IMG/VR virus record: IMGVR_UViG_3300043422_000208
Span: 1 to 52,432 of that record
Length of the DNA: 52,432 bases
Strand: one strand, 5' to 3'
From: a virus
Lineage: Duplodnaviria > Caudoviricetes
How positions within the stretch are numbered: the first letter of the stretch is position 1; each line of letters begins with the position of its first letter. Positions 19,365 to 26,770 of this stretch are shown in pieces. Position numbers and translations under genes: made by a program. The notes below the pieces were generated by a model, which saw only the letters and a program-made list of their open reading frames with translations, searched no databases and was not told the DNA's origin.

Positions 19365-20264
19365 ATGATAAAATCTAATCTTAAACTTTACTCTACTTTT
19401 AATTTAAAAATGAACCTAACCTATGATACTGTCTTAGTAGACACAAATACTATTAGTCGAACTTGTTACGAAGTTTACGATCAAGAAACTCAGCATAATT
19501 CTTATTCTTCAGAATCAGAAAGAGCAGAAGAGTTAAAGAAAGATGCTGTAAGAATGGCAAAACATTATCTTCATTTACCTTTTTTGAATAAAATATTTTG
19601 TAAAAAACAAATATGGCTAACTGACTATAAGCCATACTGGAGAAAATTCATATTCCCAGAATACAAAGGAAACCGTCCTCCTATTACAGGTGAAATGATG
19701 AACTACTTAGAACATTTTGCTGAAGCTGTAAATGCACTAAGTTACACTCATTATGAAGCTGATGATCTTATAGCAGCGTATATTAGATTAAATGAATTAA
19801 AAGAAGAAAAAGATCAAGAAAGAATTTTAATAGCTAGTGTAGATTCAGATTTATTACAACTAACAAGTAAAAATACTTCTTGGATCTGCACTAAAGGTTA
19901 TTTCCCACAACTAAGAACTGTAGATTATGGTTTTAGTTTATGGTTTGAAGATAAAATTAAATTTTTAGGGAAAAAGAAGAAAGAGCAGATCAATATAACT
20001 AATCCTCTTCACATCATTGAATACAAAGTTATGTGTGGTGATTACTCAGACAACATTAAAATGAAAAATACTAGTCCTGAACTTCGTAGACTTTTAATAG
20101 ATCTTCGTAATCCACCTAAAGAATATGATGCGATTAACCTTCCCTATCTTTTAGAAAATTTTGAAAATTACACTAAGCCTATAAATCTTATTGACTCTCC
20201 AGATTTCTATTCCCAGTATGGTATAAAAACAAACCTAGTGTTTCCTACTAGGATGTACCAGTAA
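19365..20264 (+). CDS. 5'-3' exonuclease (T4 RNase H / FEN family); likely start at ATG 19410
   Basis: YWRK..FPEYKGNR, EADDLIA, SVDSDLLQL and GDYSDNI. Confidence 0.9.
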   Translation: MIKSNLKLYSTFNLKMNLTYDTVLVDTNTISRTCYEVYDQETQHNSYSSESERAEELKKDAVRMAKHYLHLPFLNKIFCKKQIWLTDYKPYWRKFIFPEYKGNRPPITGEMMNYLEHFAEAVNALSYTHYEADDLIAAYIRLNELKEEKDQERILIASVDSDLLQLTSKNTSWICTKGYFPQLRTVDYGFSLWFEDKIKFLGKKKKEQINITNPLHIIEYKVMCGDYSDNIKMKNTSPELRRLLIDLRNPPKEYDAINLPYLLENFENYTKPINLIDSPDFYSQYGIKTNLVFPTRMYQ

Positions 20265-20335
20265 TTTTAGATTAAATATAGAATAATGAATAAAAATGTG
20301 CTAAGATTATAACAGTTTCTTAGCACATTTTTATT

Positions 20336-21196
20336 ATGAATATTGTAGATTTTCTAAAAGCAGTAGTGGAAGATTTTGAAGAATTTGAAGAACCTATTAA
20401 AATTACTCCAAAGGGCACAATAGAAATTGGGGATGTTCAGATCCCACTATACAAAGAAATCTTAGCAACAGAAAAAGTAATCCTTGAATCAGTTCAATCT
20501 TTTCAAGAAAAACTTATTCAGGATTTAATGCTAGTCTTACAAAAAATTAAAGCAAAAACCAATCATGGTGATTTGAGCATGGAGGAGGCAGTACTTCGCC
20601 TTTTAAATGCAGTTAAAAATAAAGGTAATTACATTTTAAGAGAACCTACTTTAGTAACACAGTTTGATAGTTCTTTAATTTCAGGATATTCTGAATTAGT
20701 TTCTCTATATAATCCTCAGATTACCTATAACGATGATCTATCTTATGAGGTTGAATCTGTACTAATGGTTGAACTGAGGAGTTTCGTTAATTCCCATTTT
20801 GATAGTTGGGTTAATGTAGGAGTTCAAGGAAACTCATTAAAACAGTTGGTAGAAAACATCATCTACGAAACAAGTTTTATTGCTCCTGGTAATGATCAAA
20901 TTACTAATATCATTGATATCTTGGTTGAAACTATTCCTGAACAAATGTATAAAGACATAACTCTTTACGAGTTTGCACAAGGAAGCTATTTTATTCTACA
21001 TCTCTTAGCATATACGAGATTAGCAGTTTCTCACGATTTTACTAAATTTTCTTTGATTTCTGTTCTAAACGATGCTTTAGATGAAGCTAAAAAGGAATTT
21101 ACTATTCCAGATAAAAAATCTAAAAATAAAGCAAATCCTAAAGAAGTAGAAAAACCTCCTACAGAAGATGGAGGACAAACAACGGAAAAGCAGTAA
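20336..21196 (+). CDS. tail assembly chaperone (G-like, putative)
   Basis: Followed by an overlapping open -1 frame leading into 21256-21525. Confidence 0.45.
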   Translation: MNIVDFLKAVVEDFEEFEEPIKITPKGTIEIGDVQIPLYKEILATEKVILESVQSFQEKLIQDLMLVLQKIKAKTNHGDLSMEEAVLRLLNAVKNKGNYILREPTLVTQFDSSLISGYSELVSLYNPQITYNDDLSYEVESVLMVELRSFVNSHFDSWVNVGVQGNSLKQLVENIIYETSFIAPGNDQITNIIDILVETIPEQMYKDITLYEFAQGSYFILHLLAYTRLAVSHDFTKFSLISVLNDALDEAKKEFTIPDKKSKNKANPKEVEKPPTEDGGQTTEKQ

Positions 21197-21255
21197 AGAA
21201 CCTTCGTAGGAAGCTAAGTACAGTTAAAAAATCTGTTAGAGAAAGACAGCTTAAT

Positions 21256-21525
21256 ATGAATAGTTTAAACTATTCTTCTGCACAAGCAGCTTTGGTTAGT
21301 GCTAAAGTTAATGCTTCCGAAGGTTCTGAATTTGATTTAAGCAATTTTTTACCTTACCCAATGGCAATCAATGGAGAAATAAAAGATTTAGAAGCTGATG
21401 TTGCAATTACTATTTATCAGAGTTTAGATAGTTTACCAGCTAAACTTAAAGTAGTTCTCTTCCCTCTAAAAAACTCTTTTATTGGAACTTATTATTGGAA
21501 ATCAGGAGGTTTTCTCTACAGATAA
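21256..21525 (+). CDS. tail assembly chaperone C-terminal part (T-like, putative)
   Basis: Frame is open from 21142; contains a NFLPYP motif. Confidence 0.45.
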   Translation: MNSLNYSSAQAALVSAKVNASEGSEFDLSNFLPYPMAINGEIKDLEADVAITIYQSLDSLPAKLKVVLFPLKNSFIGTYYWKSGGFLYR

Positions 21526-21800
21526 TGTTTAACCCTGTCTATGTTTATGATTACGCTGTGGATACTTCTGACAATCTAGTTGTTTACCATTTTATTGTTG
21601 ATCTAGAAAACAGCGTAATCAAAGCTAGAGCTATTGCTGTTTCAGATCCTGAAGGTTGTTTTATTCTGCCTGTAGATGAAAAAATGTATCTTGTAAATCT
21701 TCCTAATGAGGTAATAAAAAATCCTAGATCTTTAGTTATGCAAGAAGATAGGGATGTCTTTTTAGAATTACCTATCTTAAATATTTATTCTTCTGATTAA
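21525..21800 (+). CDS. hypothetical protein
   Basis: ORF coupled by a TAATG overlap; ATG 21525 preferred over 21495. Confidence 0.5.
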   Translation: MFNPVYVYDYAVDTSDNLVVYHFIVDLENSVIKARAIAVSDPEGCFILPVDEKMYLVNLPNEVIKNPRSLVMQEDRDVFLELPILNIYSSD

Positions 21801-21802
21801 CC

Positions 21803-22354
21803 ATGAAATTTAGTTTTGAATCTAGTGCAATATGGGGTTTTACATACAATGCCAATATCTTAAAATCTGTCTATACTGATGATACATATGTAACAAATCC
21901 ACAAAGAGAAGCTACTTTTTATGGTAAGTTTAATAGTTTTGCTTCTCTTTGTCCTGCTGATGATTTTCAGTTTATTGATGAATGGTTCGAAAACTCTTCA
22001 GGATCTCTAGCAAAAAATTTAGCTTTTAACCATATCCCACTATCAGGATTAGATTGTGACAATGGGATTGTTTGGAAGGCATTTATTTCTAGTGCCAATA
22101 CACCTATTTTAAAATCTTACTATAACAATATTGAAACTCCTTATGTGGTTACCTCTATCTACCCTACCGCTTCAAATGTTCCTATTACTGGGGTTAATGA
22201 ATTTGTATCTGGAGTTCCAGGAACTCAAATAAGTTTAAGTTTTAGTTTTAAAATAGTTCCAAAAAACAATTATTTTAGCTATGTGGAAAAAGGAAATTCT
22301 TTAGAAATTTCTGAAATTCCTTTTATAGTTTTACCTAGAAAAGTTATTTATTAA
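21803..22354 (+). CDS. distal tail protein (DUF2460-like, putative)
   Basis: I..WF....GS..N.AF, PVSGV.I...F.F pattern, C-terminal ISEIPFIVL; precedes the hub gene. Confidence 0.5.
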   Translation: MKFSFESSAIWGFTYNANILKSVYTDDTYVTNPQREATFYGKFNSFASLCPADDFQFIDEWFENSSGSLAKNLAFNHIPLSGLDCDNGIVWKAFISSANTPILKSYYNNIETPYVVTSIYPTASNVPITGVNEFVSGVPGTQISLSFSFKIVPKNNYFSYVEKGNSLEISEIPFIVLPRKVIY

Positions 22355-22365
22355 AAAAGTGAAAT

Positions 22366-22755
22366 TTAACAATCCTCACAAGGACAATTTAAAATAATAA
22401 ATTTACATACTTTGTAAATCAGCAATTCATTTGTAATATTAGCACTTTCGTTAAATCTTGATTCAAAACTGTAACCTAATCTAGCTAAAGCTTTTTCAGC
22501 TAACACTAAATTATTAGAAGATCCTACATGCTGAATCAAATGAACGAAAAAAATCTTAGCTGAGGCATAGTCACCTTGCACTCTCACATTAGTATAGATT
22601 CCGTCTTTTACAATTATTTCTAGTCCTTTGATATTAGAATACTCTCTAGATGTATTCCTATTAATTGCAGGAATCTGGTCATCTCCTATCTTGTAAACTC
22701 CAAGTAAATCTTTTAATTCTTCAAAAACTGTATTATAAAAAAATGTATTATCCAT
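22366..22755 (-). CDS. hypothetical structural protein (tail terminator-like)
   Basis: L.DLLG.Y.....PAI...GLE.IV...HL.Q pattern; size fits. Confidence 0.35.
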   Translation of the reverse strand: MDNTFFYNTVFEELKDLLGVYKIGDDQIPAINRNTSREYSNIKGLEIIVKDGIYTNVRVQGDYASAKIFFVHLIQHVGSSNNLVLAEKALARLGYSFESRFNESANITNELLIYKVCKFIILNCPCEDC

Positions 22756-23536
22756 GACTAATCTACTATACTCAGTACTAGGTGTTCCTAATATATCTTA
22801 TCATTACAAGTTAGTAATTTACAAGCCATTCGACGATACTATATATAAATCATGGACTACAGATAAAATCAGTCTTGAGGCAAATCAAGATGCAGTAGGA
22901 GAGATTAGCAGTGTTTCAGGATCTACAAATCTTGAATCTTCACCAGTAGAAATTAGTCAAATCTTAATTGTACCCTTTACTAGAAGATTAATTTACTCCC
23001 GACAAATTCAAGGATGGCCAGTTAAACTATTTGTTGTAACAAAAGGGTTGACTATTGCAGACACTAAAACTCTGCAAATCTTTAAAGGAATTATCGGCAA
23101 AATCGATATAAAAGGTAATCGATCTTCCGTAGAAGTAGTTGGAGATTATGAAAAACTAAAACAACCTTCAAGATACAAACTTTCAACATCTTGCACTAGA
23201 GAATTTGGGGATTCTAAATGTGGAGTTAATAGGGCACAAGTTGTTCGTAGTGTTTTATCCCTGTCTGAACACAGTCTACAAATCAATCTACCTATCACTG
23301 TAACAGCCCCCAACCAGTACGAAGTAAGCATAGGTGATGACAACTACATGTTGGTAGATTACAACAGCTCTACGCTTACTCTACAGTTAGATAGGGCACC
23401 TTTAGCTATGCCTGATGTAGTAGTTATTAGGAAGTCTTGTGATAGGAAACTGGAAACATGTTTAGCTTATAATAATAATGCTAAGTTCCTTGGAGTGATC
23501 GGATTACCTTCAAATGCTTTATCTATTAGGTTGTAG
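22754..23536 (+). CDS. baseplate hub / minor tail protein (DUF2163, GTA-like)
   Basis: CTREFGDSKCGV and CDRKLETC..YNNNAKFLG four-Cys motifs. Confidence 0.8.
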   Translation: MTNLLYSVLGVPNISYHYKLVIYKPFDDTIYKSWTTDKISLEANQDAVGEISSVSGSTNLESSPVEISQILIVPFTRRLIYSRQIQGWPVKLFVVTKGLTIADTKTLQIFKGIIGKIDIKGNRSSVEVVGDYEKLKQPSRYKLSTSCTREFGDSKCGVNRAQVVRSVLSLSEHSLQINLPITVTAPNQYEVSIGDDNYMLVDYNSSTLTLQLDRAPLAMPDVVVIRKSCDRKLETCLAYNNNAKFLGVIGLPSNALSIRL

Positions 23537-23584
23537 TTAAAGTATAATTAAATATAAATATAGATATTACCGAGAAATTAAATA

Positions 23585-24595
23585 ATGCTTAGCTATAATC
23601 CAATTTACTTTAACTTTAATCCTGATAGTTTAATTCGGTTTATTATTGAAATTGTTCCTTTTCATGTTTGCAGTGTTCCTGTAGTTATAGAGAAAAGTAC
23701 AGGTAGGGAAGTTCCAAATTCAATTATAGTTCCTTTAATTAAAGCTATTAAAAATAATTGGTGTAATGCTAGGTTGAAATCTAGGTCTATTCTTTTGGCT
23801 AGAGAAGATGGATCAGTTATGGTAACTATTCCTTTTGAAGAAATAGAAAAAACAGGTAAAATTTCTTATTATCAAAATAGAGTTATTGAAGTTAGAGATC
23901 CTGCTGATAATAAGATTAAAACTGGATTTTTAATGTATGGAGTAGATAGGTATTCTTCAGATTGTCATGAAGTCTATAATCAATCTCCTATTTTAACTGA
24001 AACAGTAATGGAGGCAATTTGTCTTTACAGAACTGTGCTTCGGAGATTGAAAGAAAGAGTAGAAGATAGTAACAATACTATGGTTAGTTTAGATGCTGAA
24101 TCTGGTGGAGCAAGTTTAGCAGAAACTTATCAGGAATTAGAAAGTCAATTTGCGTTAAAGAAAAGGATCTACGCTCCTAAAGGATCTTCTATACAAGGTG
24201 TAAATTTTGCTTTAGCAGATGTAGATACTTCTATAGAACCATTTTTAAAGAATATTAGTTTTGAAACAGGTATTCCTTTGTGGATGTTTGAGAGGAATAT
24301 TAACAATTCTCAGTTTATTTTAGAAGACAAAGAAGCATATCTTCAAAAATTGTTTTTAATGAATGTTCTAGAACCACTGAATTACATTTTTACTACTTGG
24401 GGTGTGGCTGTAGAAATACAAACTCCTTCTTTCCGAGCAGAATCGTTTAATATTGAAATGGCTTCAAAGTTAGCAGAAATTGACTATAAGAGAGCTGCTA
24501 CAGAGAGATTGGATGCAATCACTAAACAATTAGAGAATCCCCCAAAAGACGGAAAAATTCCTTCTGGGGGATCTGTAGGTGGTAGAACGCTTTAA
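23585..24595 (+). CDS. portal protein (DUF1073-like, short)
   Basis: KAIK..W..ARL...SILL, S.L..V, ISFETGIP and Y...LQ...LEPL portal pattern. Confidence 0.55.
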   Translation: MLSYNPIYFNFNPDSLIRFIIEIVPFHVCSVPVVIEKSTGREVPNSIIVPLIKAIKNNWCNARLKSRSILLAREDGSVMVTIPFEEIEKTGKISYYQNRVIEVRDPADNKIKTGFLMYGVDRYSSDCHEVYNQSPILTETVMEAICLYRTVLRRLKERVEDSNNTMVSLDAESGGASLAETYQELESQFALKKRIYAPKGSSIQGVNFALADVDTSIEPFLKNISFETGIPLWMFERNINNSQFILEDKEAYLQKLFLMNVLEPLNYIFTTWGVAVEIQTPSFRAESFNIEMASKLAEIDYKRAATERLDAITKQLENPPKDGKIPSGGSVGGRTL

Positions 24596-24622
24596 GTATC
24601 GATTTTGAGGTGGAGTTGGTTT

Positions 24623-24743
24623 TTATAAAGCTATTTCTGTAGTATGACTTTGGTTAATTAGCAAATTCAAATACTCTTTTTATGTTTTCTGTAAGATGTA
24701 GTAGATCAAGAAAACAATATTCTGTTACTGTGTACTTTTTCAT
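24623..24743 (-). pseudogene. frameshifted third paralog of the 24749/24984 small-protein family
   Basis: MKKYTVTEYCFLDLL N-terminus; the +1 frame gives EYLNLLINQSHTTEI, resembling KHLETMICTGVINEI. Confidence 0.4.
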
Positions 24744-24748
24744 GGCTA

Positions 24749-24994
24749 TTACTTTATATCCTTTTTTTCAATAAATTCAATTTTTTCTGTAGACATAAAA
24801 AGTATCATTTCATTTTCTATCATTCCTTCTATTATTGATTGTAGCTGATTATCAGTAATAACCATTTCTGCATTTTTTGGCATCTTAAGAGTAGCATAGT
24901 ATGTAGTAAATCTTAAGAGTTGTTTAAGAGTATACTCAGGTATGATGTAATGTTTATCTGTTTTAGGTATTTCAATTAAATCATTAAATTTCAT
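24749..24994 (-). CDS. hypothetical protein (paralog family)
   Basis: HYIIPEYTLKQLL; GGAG Shine-Dalgarno upstream. Confidence 0.6.
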   Translation of the reverse strand: MKFNDLIEIPKTDKHYIIPEYTLKQLLRFTTYYATLKMPKNAEMVITDNQLQSIIEGMIENEMILFMSTEKIEFIEKKDIK

Positions 24995-25184
24995 TTATTA
25001 CTCCTGTGCAGATCATTGTTTCTAGATGTTTATTGTATATCTTTTCAGGATCTCTTTCTATTGTTTTTTCATAATCATCAATAGCATCGTCTTCTTCTAA
25101 TAAAAGACCCAATATTATTTCTAAATGATTAATTCTTAGAATTAATTTTCTTAGTTCTTGTTCAGATATTGTGTAATTTTTCAT
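24984..25184 (-). CDS. hypothetical protein (paralog family)
   Basis: NYTISEQELRKLI. Confidence 0.6.
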   Translation of the reverse strand: MKNYTISEQELRKLILRINHLEIILGLLLEEDDAIDDYEKTIERDPEKIYNKHLETMICTGVINEI

Positions 25185-25320
25185 TGTATTTCTTCTTGTT
25201 GAGTAATAAAGTAAATCTCTCTTTTATAAGAATCTAGTAGAGACCTTAAATTTTCTACTTTATAGTTTAGAATTTTAAAAATCCTATTTTTAATAAATAA
25301 TCAATGCTATTGTCTTCCAT
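25181..25320 (-). pseudogene. small ORF with an apparent 1-nt deletion in an A-run
   Basis: MEDNSIDYLLK continues in the -1 frame as NRIFKILNYKVENL..., ending in an ATGA overlap with the next gene. Confidence 0.35.
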
Positions 25321-25346
25321 AACTGTTTCCAAGTAAACATGAAACT

Positions 25347-25375
25347 ATTCTACCACCTAGGCTAAAAATAAGCAA
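25347..25375 (-). promoter_or_regulatory. sigma70-type promoter
   Basis: TTGCTT-17 nt-TAGAAT with a TGG extension. Confidence 0.65.
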
Positions 25376-25376
25376 G

Positions 25377-25496
25377 AAAAAAGATCTTCTACTGTGAATA
25401 GAAGATCTTTTGCTAACTAGGTTGAGTTTTTACAAAGAAAATAAAAGTGCTTTCAAGAAAATGGAAGTAATTCCTAACAACTTTATTTGCTACTAT
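25377..25496 (-). ncRNA. candidate sRNA unit 3 (~118 nt)
   Basis: TGTGT-TATAGT -10 at 25503-25513; 5' AGUAGC; hairpin with UUAG/CUUGAAAG; 13-bp terminator 25379-25411 plus U-run. Confidence 0.6.
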
Positions 25497-25521
25497 ATGG
25501 TTACTATAACACAGAATAAAG

Positions 25522-25634
25522 AAAAATGGATCCTTAAAGGATCCATAATAGCCCAACTAAATTACAGCATAAAAATTAATTTAAATTAGTTTCAAGATTT
25601 TGCAGAATTTTCTAAATTTAAATAATTTCCTACT
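25522..25634 (-). ncRNA. candidate sRNA unit 2 (~113 nt)
   Basis: TGT-TAAGAT -10 at 25640-25648; 5' AGUAGG; long hairpin with UUAG/CUUGAAAC; terminator 25526-25546 plus U-run. Confidence 0.62.
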
Positions 25635-25652
25635 TCTTTATCTTAACATATT

Positions 25653-25817
25653 AAAAAAAAAATCACTAGCTATAACTAATGATCCTTAAAGATAAATAAT
25701 GTAGTCCAAACATGATATATGAAAGAAATCTTAACGGCGCAATTCCAAGAAAGATTACAACAGGTACAAGGAGGGTACCTATCTTTCTAATGACATCACG
25801 TTAAGATTCCTTCCACT
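25653..25817 (-). ncRNA. candidate sRNA unit 1 (~165 nt)
   Basis: TTGACA-16 nt-TATTAT promoter at 25823-25850; 5' AGUGG; 16-bp outer stem with two G-U pairs; apical loop CCUCCUU; terminator 25662-25683 plus U10. Confidence 0.7.
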
Positions 25818-25851
25818 TTTTAATAATAACACATTTTCCTCCCCTGTCAAC

Positions 25852-25883
25852 AAAAAAAAAAAGGTCGCTCTTTCAGACGACCT
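25852..25883 (-). terminator. terminator of the RNR operon
   Basis: AGGTCG/CGACCT stem followed by a long U-run on the minus strand. Confidence 0.75.
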
Positions 25884-25907
25884 ACAATGAATACTCACTT
25901 AAATTTA

Positions 25908-26729
25908 CTATACCATATCTTCTAGGACTCTACTGTAGAGAGTAGAGTTAGGCACCTCAAATGGTGCTATCTGAGGAGAGAAATTACAAAGAGAGTCTAG
26001 AGTGTTGGCTTTTCCTTTATTAATTAAATCTTCACTTGCTTTAATAAAGAAATTTAGATCTAACTTTATTCCAAAAATAGTTTTAGGAATAATAAGATCT
26101 CTAAAAATAAAATCCAAAGTATCTTTAACTAAACCATAGAAACTAGGCATCCTCTCAATCCCTAGCAAATGTAAACACTCCCAATTAGTTCGATAGTGCC
26201 TACTCTCATCCTTCCCGATCTCTGTAGCAGCATGACAAATAGATTTACCACCAGCTATTCTAAGTAACCCTAGGCATGGTAAAAGGACACCAGCCTCGAT
26301 CACAAATGCAGCTTGGATCGGATGGCAAGGAAGTTCTAGCCATCGAGAAGTAATTAAATCTGCTTCTGATTGATCTTCTGAAGAAATTGGGTATTGATCA
26401 ATAAGAAATTTTACACCTTTTAGATGGCTCGCCTCATCGGTAATGTTACTTTTGAGTAATAGAAGCAACCCATCTACTTCCGGTAAATCTCTTTTTGTAG
26501 CTTCTAAAATAAATTCACCTACTGGAATTTCTAATCTTAGTGCGATACTAAGAATTTTAGAAATAACAGATTCTACATTAAAAGATGGATCTACTTCTCT
26601 AGTCTCATCTGATAAGAAACATAGAGGAGTTTTTTCTACTTTTTGAGGTTTCCAGAAATGAGGTACTATTCTCCCATCTTCTTTAACGTAAGATCTGGAG
26701 CTGTATAATTCTCTAAATAAAGTTGTCAT
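25908..26729 (-). CDS. nrdB: ribonucleotide reductase beta subunit (cyanophage-type class I, ferritin-like)
   Basis: LEIPVGEFI, DEASH, IEAGV and DESRH dimetal motifs; downstream of alpha. ATG 26729 preferred. Confidence 0.8.
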   Translation of the reverse strand: MTTLFRELYSSRSYVKEDGRIVPHFWKPQKVEKTPLCFLSDETREVDPSFNVESVISKILSIALRLEIPVGEFILEATKRDLPEVDGLLLLLKSNITDEASHLKGVKFLIDQYPISSEDQSEADLITSRWLELPCHPIQAAFVIEAGVLLPCLGLLRIAGGKSICHAATEIGKDESRHYRTNWECLHLLGIERMPSFYGLVKDTLDFIFRDLIIPKTIFGIKLDLNFFIKASEDLINKGKANTLDSLCNFSPQIAPFEVPNSTLYSRVLEDMV

Positions 26730-26770
26730 TTGTTTTGTTGATTTATTTTGTTGATTTGACTTGTTTTGTT

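Noticed and set aside
25712-25803. Short + strand ORFs (about 23-30 aa) across sRNA unit 1
   Set aside because: No SD or + strand promoter seen; G-U pairing and U-tails support a minus-strand RNA.
25320-25890. CRISPR array or TIGR-like array
   Set aside because: No identical regularly spaced repeats, units have their own promoters and terminators, and no cas or Nop-domain gene was recognised.
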